Shown here: positions 35,897-46,543 of the stretch, in pieces
Layout of the letters: every line of letters starts with the position of its first letter
Numbering within the stretch: the first letter of the stretch is position 1
The notes under the pieces: generated by a model
Database searches by the model: none
Told to the model about the DNA's origin: nothing
What the model saw: the letters and a program-made list of their open reading frames with translations, nothing else
DNA from: Mobula hypostoma
Lineage: Eukaryota
Assembly (NCBI RefSeq): GCF_963921235.1
Contig: NC_086097.1
Coordinates: 108,874,001 to 108,938,000, forward strand
Direction of reading: 5' to 3'
DNA: 64,000 nt
Translations under genes and position numbers: made by a program

Positions 35897-36898
35897 AGCC
35901 AGCTTCCAGTCAAGCCAACTCAGCCAAAGCCTCAGTCTTTCATTACTGTCTCACAGCTCCACAAGTAAACAATCCAAGATCCAAATCCAGCAGTCACACC
36001 CTGGTCTCTGAAGGTATTTATGCAGCCCGCCCCAACGAGCATCAGCTGCCTCAATTAGCTCAACAAGAATAGAGACAGGGTAGATAGGAAAACCTGGAGC
36101 AAGGGTCGATGGGCCGGACTGTGAACTGGAATATGGACTTCACGGACTGGACTATGACATACAGGTCTTCGAGTCATTGAGGCAAGCAAGCCTCCAAACC
36201 ACAACAAGGCTGTGATCCTCTTGGAAGACTGGCTAGGATAACAACGTGAAATTCCCTGGGTAGGTAGAATGGGTTACAATGAATGAGAAGAGCCTCCAAG
36301 TTAGCAGAGGAAAAAGAAAGAATGATGGACATGTCCCTGCACCATCTGTTATTTATAAACACGCACAAGCCAACACCACTTGACTTGCCACGTTACGCGC
36401 TATTACAATCCAATCTAAATAGCTGGTATCCTAGCATTTGAACAAGGTTGTCTGGTATGTCCCAGTTAAGACACAGTTTAACAAAGCAAAAGGCAGAAGT
36501 GCAGGCATAATCCTTGTTAGTCCTGATGAGTATCACTAACTCAACCATCTTATTTGTAAGAGAGTGGACATTTAAAAGGCAGATTGCCTGGAGGGCTGTA
36601 TGGAACCCTTTGCATCTCCAGTATACCAGAGTGCCCACTCGTTTACCTATATACCTCCTGGAGATGTACATTTACCAGCTGGCCTCATTGCTCTGACTTG
36701 GAAGAAACTTTACTGGTAAATCCTCTATACATGTGTAGGTTGAATACTTAGTGATGTTATAGCTCATGTAACACTAATTTGACACTTGCTCTGTCAAACT
36801 GAGCCACTGATGCATTGTGTAAACCACAAATTGGAAACCTGACACAGATTCATCCTGTCAAGAGTTTTTTTGAGAGGGATTCTCATTGATTACTGTTT

Positions 36899-38989
36899 GA
36901 AACATAGAGAACATAGAACATAGGTGCAGAACTAGGCCATTCGGCCCTTCGAGCCTGCACCACCATTCAGTATAATCATGGATGATCATCCAACTCAGAA
37001 CCCTGTACCAGCCTTCCCTCCATACCCCCTGATCCCTTTAGCCACAAGGGCCATATCTAACTCCCTCTTAAATATAGCCAATGAACTGGCCTCAACTGTT
37101 TCCTGTGGCAGAGAATTCCACAGATTCACCACTCTCTGTGTGAAGAAGTGAAGAAGTTTTTCCTCATCTCGGTCCTAAAAGGCTTCCCCTTTATCCTCAA
37201 ACTGTGACCCCTCATTCTGGACTTCCCCAACATCGGGAACAATCTTCCTACATCTAGCCTGTCCAATCCCTTTAGGATTTTATACATTTCAAACAGATCC
37301 CCCCTCAATCTTCTCAATTCCAACGAGTACAAGCCCAGTTCATCCAGTCTTTCTTCATATGAAAGTCCTGCCATCCCAGGAATCAATCTAGTGAACCTTC
37401 TTTGTACTCCCTCTATGGCAAGGGTGTCTTTCCTCAGATTAGGGGACCAAAACTGCACACAATACTCCAGGTGTGGTCTCACCAATGCCTTGTACAACTG
37501 CAATAGTACCTCCCTGCTCCTGTACTCGAATCCTCTCGCTATAAATGCCAGCATACCATTCGCCTTTTTCACCGCCTGCTGTACCTGCATGCCCACTTTC
37601 AATGACTGGTGTATAAAGACACCCAGGTCTCGTTGCACCTCCCCTTTTCCTAATCGGCCACCATTCAGATAATAATCTGCTTTCCTGTTTTTGCCACCAA
37701 AGTGGATAACTTCACATTTATCCACATTAAATTGCATCTGCCATGAATTTGCCCACTCACCTAACCTATCCAAGTAACCCTGCATCCTCTTACCATCCTC
37801 CTCACAGCTAACACTGCCGCCCAGCTTCGTGTCATCCGCAAACTTGGAGATGCTGCATTTAATTCCCTCATCCAAGTCATTAATATATATTGTAAACAAC
37901 TGGGGTCCCAGCACTGAGCCTTGCAGTACCCTACTAGTCACTGCCTGCCATTCTGAAAAGGTCCCGTTAATTCCCACTCTTTGCTTCCTGTCTGCCAACC
38001 AATTCTCCATCCACATCAATACCCTACCCCCAATACCGTGTGCTTTAAGTTTGCACACTAATCTCCTGTGTGGGACCTTGTCAAAAGCCTTTTGAAAATC
38101 CAAATATACCACATCCACTGGTTCTCCCCTATCCACTCTACTAGTTACATCCTCAAAAGATTCTATGAGATTCGTCAGACATGATTTTCCTTTCACAAAT
38201 CCATGCTGACTTCGTCCGATGATTTCACCGCTTTCCAAATGTGCTGTTATCACATCTTTGATAACTGACTCTAGCAGTTTCTCCATCACTGATGTTAGGC
38301 TAACCGGTCTATAATTCCCTGGTTTCTCTCTCCCTCCTTTTTTAAAAAGTGGGGTTACATTAGCCACCCTCCAATCCTCAGGAACTAGTCCAGAATCTAA
38401 AGAGTTTTGAAAAATTATCACTAAAGCATCCATTATTTCTTGGGCTACTTCCTTAAGCACTCTGGGATGCAGACCATCTGGCCCTGGGGATTTATCTGCC
38501 TTTAATCCCTTCAATTTACCTAACACCACTTCCCTACTAACATGTATTTCCCTCAGTTCCTCCATCTTACTGGATCCTCTGTCCCCTACTATTTCCGGAA
38601 GATTATTTATGTCCTCCTTAGTGAAGACAGAACCAAAGTAATTATTCAATCGGTCTGCCATGTCCTTGCTCCCCATAATCAATTCACCTGTTTCTGTCTG
38701 TAGGGGACCTACATTTGTCTTAACCAATCTTTTTCTTTTCACATATCTATAAAAGCTTTTACAGTCAGTTCTTATGTTCCCCGCCAGTTTTCTCTCATAA
38801 TCTTTTTTCCCCTTCCTAATTAAGCCCTTTGTCCTCCTCTGCTGAACTCTGAATTTCTCCCAGTCCTCAGGTGAGCCACTTTTTCTGGCTAATTTGTATG
38901 CTTCTTCTTTGGAATTGATACTCTCCCTAATTTCCCTTGTCAGCCACGGGTGCACTATTTTCCTTAATTTATTCTTTTACCAAACTGGG
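36899..38989 (-). mobile_element. CR1 family A copy, 5'-truncated (RT only)
   Basis: 609-aa ORF 37126-38955 with FADD. An 8-bp tandem duplication gtgaagaa (37140-37155) frameshifts the C-terminus. Confidence 0.95.
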
Positions 38990-40109
38990 TCAGAATCTTT
39001 TGAGAGAACTGTGCTAATATTATGCCTGATATTGAAGTGCAAGGATTTCTCCATTTGAAATTAAATGGGCCTCCAGTATGATAATGAGGAGGAAGGCTTG
39101 AAGACCTGGCCTGTTAGCAAAAGAGATAGGAAGAGGGGAAGAAAAGTTCTGCTCAGGTTGTCCTATCCCCCAAAATCACAGATCTACAGGCTCTTCAGAG
39201 ATCAACTGAGATCATCCATCTCCCACAGCAAATTCAAGCTATAGGGTGTGACGAGAATACACATAAAATTAAGATGTTTGCTGGCCTGGGTTAGCATCAG
39301 TGACATTAGCAAGTGGTCTGCCACCTGCCCTCAGGGGAAGGAGAGATAAGGAACAATGGAGCAGCGTCTGGAGATGTGTAATGAAGGGACGTGGGAGAGA
39401 GAGCTGTCTGGAGCGGCTCCCCCTTTGAGCTCTGAACTGTTTGAAGTGGTGGACAGGCGATACCCCAGCAGGGGGATAAAAAGGGACCGGTTCGCTAAGG
39501 ACAGACACACACGCCACCCGAGGTAACGAGACCCTGGAAGCGGTACGCTTCTCACGAGTCGGTGAGAGGTACCGGACAACGGCCAGGGTAGAAAGGTACG
39601 ATCAGCGGGAACCCGGTGTGTGTCCGCCCTTGCCTGGGTGCCGGGTTCACTGCAGAGGATTGACCGCATCTGGAGGAGGGGTCACAGTCGGTGACCTCAG
39701 GTGACATCACCAAGGACCCGCCCAAAAGTTGCTTGTGAGCAATCTCGCCGGTCTGTGAGTGAAGCCGTTTGAATGATCAGTTGTTCCTGTTCTATCTCTC
39801 TCTTCCCCAACGTTGTCCATCGCCATGGCAACGATTACTGCGAACTGAACTACTAACTGGACTGAACTTTGAGTCACTTTGAAATTTGGTCATTTACCCC
39901 TAGACAATGATAGAGCTTGATTGATGCTGTTATCTTAATTCTGTGCACATGTGTGTTTATCATCGCTGAACTGTTGCATTTATTATCCTTTCGATTACTG
40001 TGTTGCTTATTTCTTTAATAAAACTTTCTTAGTTCTAGTACTCCAGACTCCAACTGAGTGATCCATTTCTGCTGGTTTGGCAACCCAGTTATGGGGTACG
40101 TAACATAAG

Positions 40110-40127
40110 TGGGGGCTCGTCCGGGAT
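40110..40127 (+). promoter_or_regulatory. Primer-binding site, tRNA-Pro
   Basis: tgggggctcgtccgggat, a perfect 18-nt match to the canonical tRNA-Pro PBS, 4 nt after the LTR. Confidence 0.95.
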
Positions 40128-40203
40128 TTTGAACGCTAAATTTGGGACGGAGTAAATTGATTGGGTTAAAATTCCCGAAAGAAAGAAAAGACAAACAGCA
40201 GAA

Positions 40204-43080
40204 ATGGAGGCTGAGGAATTTATAAAGGCGCCAACCTTGGAGGCATTAGAGGATGCCAGGAAATCGGAATTGATAGCTGTGGCCAAACGGTTGAATCTTG
40301 CTAAGGTGAAGTCGACAATGAGGAGAGAGGAGATACACAGAGCTATTGTAGAGCACTATGTATTTAAAGGTGTGTTTCCCCAAGGCGAGCTGGGGGTGGT
40401 GTCTATTGAAAAACCTGCTGGAGACGCGGTACAGGTACAGCTTGAAAAACCGAGACTCGAGCACGAGTTCCGGGTACGACAGTTGGAAAGAGAAGAGAAA
40501 GAGAGAGAGAGACAGTTAGAGAGAGAAGAGAAAGAGAGGGACAGACAGTTAGAGAGAGAGGAGAAAGAGAGGCAATGGGAGCGAGAAGAGAGAGGGAAAC
40601 AGAGGGAAAGGGAATTTGAGCTGGAGAAGTTAAAGATAAGGGCTGAGCAGGGGCTCGTGCCGAACCAAGGTGGAGGGTTCCAGGCGACCCAGGAGGTTAG
40701 GCTGGTTCCCCCATTTGACGATACCGACGTGGATCGGTACTTTCTCCACTTCGAAAAAGTGGCTATAAGTCAGGACTGGCAGAGGGATAAGTGGGTTGTT
40801 TTACTTCAGAGTGTACTGAAAGGGAAGCCCCAAGAAGCTTACTCAGCTTTGTCCGTGGAAGATGCCCAGAGGTATGAGGTGGTGAAAGAGGCCATCCTCA
40901 GGATTTATGAGTTGGTCCCGGAGGCATACTGGCAGAGGTTCCGGAATGCGAGGAAGCAGTGGGACCGCACGTATTTGGAGTTTGCTCGTGAGATGCAAAC
41001 ATATTGTGAGCGTTGGTGCGCCTCAAAAGGGGTAGAGGGGGATTATGACAGACTGCTGCAGCTGATTCTGATTGAGCAGTTTAAAGGTTGTGTCCCTGAG
41101 GGTATGAGACCCTACCTCGATGAGAAAGAGGCAGCCACGTTAGCCGCAACTGCTAAGTTAGCGGATGAGTATGCGTTAACGCATAAAATGAAGTTTGCCC
41201 CGAGTAAAGGCTACCAGAAGGGTAGTCAGGACGGCGGGGAGAGTCCGCCGGAAAAGTCAGAAAGTAAGCCGGGGACTAGTGAAAAGGATAAGGTAGACCG
41301 GGAGCAGTCTGGTAGGAAGTCTCCTGGGGTCGTCTGTTATAATTGTGGGAAAGCCGGACACTTTGCGTCCAGGTGCTTTGTCCCAAGGAAGGAGACGGGG
41401 AAAGGAAAAGCGGAAATTTGGAATGGCTGTATCGAGCTGTTAAGCCAACCGCTAGGGAAGGACAGGTCTGAAAAAGTCCAGGAAGGGCGCGAGAGGTTTA
41501 TCTCGGCCGGACTGGTGTCAGTGAAGGAGAGGTTAAAACCAGTTCCAGTGCGGATCTGGAGAGACACGGGAGCGTGTCAGTCACTAATACTGAAGAGTGT
41601 ATTAGAGTTTAGCTCAGAGACCCAGACTGGGGAGGTAGAGGTCAAAGGTGTTGGGGAAGGGACAGAGTCAGTCCCTTTGCACCAGATACACTTACAGAGC
41701 AACCTGGTCTCTGGACTAGTCACGATCGGGGTGAGGTCTGAATTACCGATGAAAGACGTGGAAGTCTTGCTCGGTAATGACATCGCCAGAGGAATCGTGT
41801 TCCCAGTCGTGAGATTGACAGGTCAGCCTGCCAACAGTGAGGCCCCGCCCATGGACTCACAGGTTCATCACCGGCCCGCGATAGTGAATTTAGCTGAAAC
41901 ATTTCTGCCAACCTTGTATGAGACAGGGTGTAGTGAGATAAGAGGTCGTGAGGGAGCTAGGACAGACGTAGCAGTAGCCAGGAAAGAATTTGTGCAGACG
42001 CAGGAGCGAGACGAGGGGCTGATGGTTTTGGCAGAGACCGCTCTCTCTGACACAGCCTTGACAAGCTATTGTGTGGAGGAGGAAGTGCTCAGGAAGAAAG
42101 GGAAATCAAGTACAGTATCCGCAGATGAGGAGTGGGGGGTGGTGCAAAAGAGCTATGGGGATGAGGTTTTTAACATGGCCCACGAGGTACCCCCCAGTGG
42201 ACATTTTGCGGTGCTGGAGGAAACAGTTGGTGGAATCATGAAAGAGATTTACCGGCTGCCCAGGGGGAAGAATGTTATTGATCATGACCGACGCGAACTG
42301 AGACGGTCACCAGCTTTTGATATGCTAACAAACCTAGTCGGTGTTAGCGTGGAAATCAATGAAGCTAGGGGCCCCCTGATAAGAGGAAAAAAACATTTTG
42401 AAAAGATTAGTATGGGATCGATCAGATGGGAGAAGGCTATTGTTTTGGCCAGGTCTACTGATAAGGTCTCTCCCTTAATCCCCGAACAAAGCGAATCTTT
42501 AGCAGAAGTAATTAAACGACTCGCACCTGTGTGTTTGATTGCTCCGAGGAAATGCAAAGAACTGGGACGTTGGGTGATGTCTGTTACAATAGGGCGGCCT
42601 AGTAAACAACACCCATATTTTTTGAGTAATTCAGTGACTAAAGGGCTGATGAACACAGAGGTGTGTATTGGCAATTTAATACGGCTGTCTGAAGCCAGCT
42701 TGATAGTGAACCTTGAAAAAAATGAATTCGGCCACACGAAGGTCACTTACCTGGGAATTGAGGTGACACAGGGGCAGCTGGCAGTGATGCAAGCTACAGT
42801 GCAGGCTATCGCTGACCTCCCAACCCCGACAGACAAGAGGGCCCTCAGAAGGCTCTTGGAGATGGTGGGGTACTGCAGGAAGTTTTGCAATAACTCTGCG
42901 GTCAATACCCGTCCCCCTCCTACTAAGCCCTTGCGAGAGAAAACTGAGTCGGAATGGGACGACCCTTGTTATTGTGGTCCGGGACAAAACCAAATGAGAG
43001 GCTACATTGGTCACAATTCATCAGTGTTTTTGGCCACTATGAAGTTTGCTGAGTTGGAGCCTGGTCTAAGGGATTATTAA
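40204..43080 (+). CDS. Gag (coiled coil, SCAN-like capsid, CCHC) - aspartic protease - vestigial IN/RT polyprotein, 958 aa
   Basis: YELVPEAYWQRFR..LILIEQF..LADEY (SCAN-like), CYNCGKAGHFASRC, RDTGACQS and LLGND. Then AHEVPPSGH (integrase zinc-finger remnant) before QHPY, LIVNLEKNEFG..VTYLG and VGYCRKFC (RT remnants). No YxDD, RNase H or DDE core. Confidence 0.9.
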   Translation: MEAEEFIKAPTLEALEDARKSELIAVAKRLNLAKVKSTMRREEIHRAIVEHYVFKGVFPQGELGVVSIEKPAGDAVQVQLEKPRLEHEFRVRQLEREEKERERQLEREEKERDRQLEREEKERQWEREERGKQREREFELEKLKIRAEQGLVPNQGGGFQATQEVRLVPPFDDTDVDRYFLHFEKVAISQDWQRDKWVVLLQSVLKGKPQEAYSALSVEDAQRYEVVKEAILRIYELVPEAYWQRFRNARKQWDRTYLEFAREMQTYCERWCASKGVEGDYDRLLQLILIEQFKGCVPEGMRPYLDEKEAATLAATAKLADEYALTHKMKFAPSKGYQKGSQDGGESPPEKSESKPGTSEKDKVDREQSGRKSPGVVCYNCGKAGHFASRCFVPRKETGKGKAEIWNGCIELLSQPLGKDRSEKVQEGRERFISAGLVSVKERLKPVPVRIWRDTGACQSLILKSVLEFSSETQTGEVEVKGVGEGTESVPLHQIHLQSNLVSGLVTIGVRSELPMKDVEVLLGNDIARGIVFPVVRLTGQPANSEAPPMDSQVHHRPAIVNLAETFLPTLYETGCSEIRGREGARTDVAVARKEFVQTQERDEGLMVLAETALSDTALTSYCVEEEVLRKKGKSSTVSADEEWGVVQKSYGDEVFNMAHEVPPSGHFAVLEETVGGIMKEIYRLPRGKNVIDHDRRELRRSPAFDMLTNLVGVSVEINEARGPLIRGKKHFEKISMGSIRWEKAIVLARSTDKVSPLIPEQSESLAEVIKRLAPVCLIAPRKCKELGRWVMSVTIGRPSKQHPYFLSNSVTKGLMNTEVCIGNLIRLSEASLIVNLEKNEFGHTKVTYLGIEVTQGQLAVMQATVQAIADLPTPTDKRALRRLLEMVGYCRKFCNNSAVNTRPPPTKPLREKTESEWDDPCYCGPGQNQMRGYIGHNSSVFLATMKFAELEPGLRDY

Positions 43081-44880
43081 TAACACGTGTAAAAGGAACA
43101 GAAAATGCGATGACTGTCTGTCAAGGTGTTGACAAGCTTCAAACTCTCTGTATTAGCCAAATAACTGATAAAGATGCATATTTGTGTGTGTATCAAATAA
43201 TGTAGTCATGTTTGTAATTTTTACCTCCCGGTAAAAATCCTTTAAAAGGGGGGAAGTGTGACGAGAATACACATAAAATTAAGATGTTTGCTGGCCTGGG
43301 TTAGCATCAGTGACATTAGCAAGTGGTCTGCCACCTGCCCTCAGGGGAAAGAGAGATAAGGAACAATGGAGCAGCGTCTGGAGATGTGTAATGAAGGGAC
43401 GTGGGGGAGAGAGAGCTGTCTGGACCGGCTCCCCCCTTTGAACCTTGAACTGTTTGAAGTGATGGACAGGCGATACCCCAGCAGGGGCATAAAAAGGGAC
43501 CAGTTCGCTAAGGCGACACACACGCCACCCGAGGTAACGAGACCCTGGAAGCGGTGCGCCTCTCACGAGTCGGTGAGAGGTATCGGACAACGGCCAGGGT
43601 GGAAAGGTACGATCAGCGGGAACCCGGTGTGTGTCCGCCCTTGCCTGGGTGCCGGGTTCACTGCAGAGGATCGACCGCAATTGGAGGAGGGGTCACAGTC
43701 GGTGACCTCAGGTGACATCACCAAGGACCCACCCAAAAGTTGCTTGTGAGCAATCTCGCCGGTCTGTGAGTGAAGCCGTTCTGAATGATCAGTTGTTCCT
43801 GTTCTATCTCTCTCTTCCCCATTGTTGTCCATCGCCATGGCAACGATTACTGCGAACTGAACTACTAACTGGACTGAACTTTGAGTCACTTTGAAATTTG
43901 GTCATTTACCCCTAGACAACGATAGAGCTTGATTGATGCTGGTATCTTAATTCTGTGCACATGTGTGTTTATCATCGCTGAACTGTTGCATTTATTATCC
44001 TTTCGATTACTGTGTTGCTTATTTCTTTAATAAAACTTTCTTAGTTCTAGTACTCCAGACTCCAACTGAGTGATCCATTTCTGCTGGTTTGGCAACCCAG
44101 TTACGGGGTACGCAACAAGGGCCTTTCATTATCAGCCATATTGTTCAAAGAAGATATTATTTGGTGAAAGCACCATAGTGCCTGAACTCACCAGTGAAAC
44201 TGTGAACCCAAGATTTAAGGCCCAAGAGTTGAATTGGTAATCTGGTAGTTGAGGCCTGTTGGCTGGAGCCCCAGATCTGCAAATCCACTGAGCTAGTTGA
44301 AGGCCAATGTCTGTGTGTCCACATCTGAATCCAAGTCTAAATCTGGGTCCACAAGAGACTGGAGGCTGATGACTACTGTTAGGTGTTGTAACTTCAAAAC
44401 ATTAAACAAATTCAAAGGAGGACACTGGAGTCTGAAATGTGAGTTTAACTTTGTGTTTACTTTAAACGAGGTGCATTCGTATCACATGTCAGCTTGATGA
44501 CATATGCAATTTATGTATTTATACACATAGCCCGTATTGAATTATTTAAATGAACAAGAATGCTTATTCAAACAATATACAGTGTATAAGATGACTCCAA
44601 TATCACTGAAATATTAAATGCACAACACTCCTCTCTGCTTTGCTATAAACTCCAACTCAATAGAGAATGCATCTCAACTATACACCCAGTGTACTCTGTA
44701 ATACAACTACTATACAGACATCCACAGCATAGTAAATTTTAAATTGTCCCAATTCAGGACCAAAGATTTAATCACTGCGGAGGCTTTCTTACATCTTTCC
44801 TGACAAGGGAGATCACTCTGTTTGGCAGGTGAGACTTGTGGCTGTGAAAACAATCTCAGGTTCTGGGGCCTCTGGCCACC

Positions 44881-45375
44881 TTACTTCTTCCATTTTCTTC
44901 TTTTAGTTTGTGCATCTTAATCTTTGGAATGTGAATTTAGTTCACCGGAGCATTCTCTTATTAATTCTTTTATTGCTCCCTTAACAATGTGATCCCTCTT
45001 CTTGGTTTCTTCATCCACATCACCTGACAAATCCTCTGTTTTTGTATCTCCATTGACTCCTTTCTTTTTGGCCTTCCATTCATCCAGTTGGGCTTTGGGC
45101 TTTGCATCTACTTTTACCAGCAGCTTTATGTCTCCCACATGAAGTTCATGCAATAACCTTTATAGCACAGAGAGTTCTTTATATTTACAAAAGCCGAATG
45201 CTTGCAACTTTCCTGAAGCTCCTTACTATATCAGAGGCATTCTCAGATATATTGCCTATAAAAGCAGTTGTAGTCAGACCGCTGCTTTGTCACTTTCATG
45301 ATTCCTCTGAGCAGAATGGTCCTTCCTTGAGTCAATATGCTTTCGAACCAGAGGCACAGAGGTTGGCACCAACAT
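44881..45375 (-). pseudogene. RBM25: Intronless RBM25 fragment (RRM region) inside the LTR element
   Basis: Manual translation: MLVPTSVPLVRKHIDSRKDH, GLTTTAFIGNISENASD, GASGKLQAFGFCKYKE, RLLHELHVGDIKLLVKVDAKPKAQLDEWKAKKK..DEETKKRDHIVKGAIKELIRECSGELN. This matches recalled vertebrate RBM25 (VLVPTVSMVGKHLGARKDH..TTTVFVGNISEKASD..GASGKLQAFGFCEYKE..LLVKVDAKTKAQLDEWKAKKK). Frameshifts, stops and small deletions are present. Confidence 0.92.
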
Positions 45376-45903
45376 CTCTTTGTCCTCTGTTAGACAACTG
45401 TGGATGGATCTCCAATCAAGCTGTAGTTGTCTTAGCTAATCATGTCCCCACAATGCTGGCCTTACTGTTTTTAACACATACAAACCCAATGTGGTTTGTT
45501 GGTTGCACCCTTTATTTCACTATTACAAATGTTATTCCCACAGGACCTATTTTTCTCCAGTATAACTTCTTAGTTGGATAGTTTCAGGGTTCAGTTTTGT
45601 ATCTTTGAAATGTTGTTCAAACTGTACTTGTGGAATGACTGAAACAGCCGAGATAGTGTCCAATTCCATTTTAATTTATTTTCCAGTCTCTTCTGGTGTA
45701 AGCCATATTGCTTGTCTCCTGTTAGTTTTCACAATACAAATCTCAAAACTAGCCAGTCCTGTGTCACTCTCATCATTTTCAGATTTTTCATTAACAGCTT
45801 GCAGAGTAGTGCTCTTTTTGAAATTGCAACTGGACTTTATAGTTTATACTTTATACTTTTCTCTTCCCTGTGCAGTCCTTTTATTTTTGTCTGCCCGACA
45901 TAA

Positions 45904-46543
45904 GTAGGTCAAATATGACAGCAGAATATAGCATTAATGGTAAGACTCTTGGCAGTTTAAGAGCTGAGAGATAATGTTACAGCTTTATAAGGCCCTGGTC
46001 AGACCCCACTTGGAGTACTGTGCTCAATTCTGGTTGCCTCACTACAGGAAGGACGTGGAAACCATAGAAAGGGTGCAGAGGAGATTTACAAGGTTGTTGC
46101 CTGGATTGAGGAGCATGACTTATGAGAATAGGTTGAGTGGACTCAGCCTTTTCTCCTTGGAGCGACAGAGGATGAGAGGTGACCTGATAGAGGTGTATAA
46201 GATGATGAGAGGCATTGATTGTGTGGATAGTCAGAGGCTTTTCCCCAGGGCTGAAATGGCTAGCACAAGAGGGCATAGTTTTAAGGTGCTTGGAGGTAGG
46301 TACAGAGGAGGTGTTGGGGGTAAGTTTTTTACGCAGAGAGTGGTAAGTGTGTGGAATGGGCTGCTGGCAACGGTGGTGGAGGTGGAAACGATAGGGTCTT
46401 AAGAGACTCCTGGATAAGTACTTGGAGCTTAGTAAAATAGAGGGCTAGGGGTAAGCCTAGGTAATTTCTAAGGTAAGGACATGTTCAGCACAGCTTTGTG
46501 GGCCAAAGGGCCTGTATTGTGCTGTAGGTTTTCTATGTTTCGA
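45904..46543 (+). mobile_element. CR1 3' fragment inserted in the Mag-like gag
   Basis: ORF 45974-46402 (LVRPHLEYCAQFW..) with a ttctatg tail. Confidence 0.9.

Larger units (their letters stand above)
30627..35983 (-). mobile_element. Full-length Nimb/I-group non-LTR retrotransposon with RNase H
   Basis: Exact 17-bp TSD aatccagcagtcacacc (30610-30626, 35984-36000). (acag)n tail, 3' ggtggcggtaatgcacc motif, and two ORFs. Confidence 0.93.
29001..36159 (-). mobile_element. Solo LTR (29001-30626 + 35984-36159) with internal minisatellites, split by a LINE
   Basis: Inverted termini tgtca/tgaca and TATA-like cataaata (36015-36022, minus). It interrupts a short RTE-like fragment (about 28735-29000 and 36160-36215). 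No clean TSD seen. Confidence 0.6.
23328..36780 (-). mobile_element. Rex1/Babar-type LINE fragmented by nested insertions
   Basis: (aatcag)n tail at 23326-23349. Collinear pieces: FQFLGSNI..KAQQKLFFLRHL (25640-25823), KFTDD (~25980), STGSPQGCVHSPLLY (~26050), SSAFNTI (~26880), VVMKTFEHL..LQFAYR (~27200-27270) and endonuclease pieces CVFINNRWC..PFYLPREF and NVHSL (36230-36671). Confidence 0.85.
39247..44117 (+). mobile_element. Gmr1-like Gypsy LTR retrotransposon, non-autonomous deletion derivative
   Basis: LTRs 39247-40105 and 43257-44117 (TG..CA, roughly 97% identical by eye). 4-bp TSD aggg (39243-39246, 44118-44121). PPT 43244-43256. aataaa at 40017-40022. Confidence 0.96.

Noticed and set aside
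39269..39669. Antisense ORFs in the Gmr1-like LTRs (also 43279-43680)
   Set aside because: Frames differ between the two LTRs because of indels, and there is no recognisable motif.
44917..45153. Functional RBM25 exon of a host gene
   Set aside because: Contiguous multi-region cDNA with stops, frameshifts and deletions, no flanking splice context, embedded in an LTR element.
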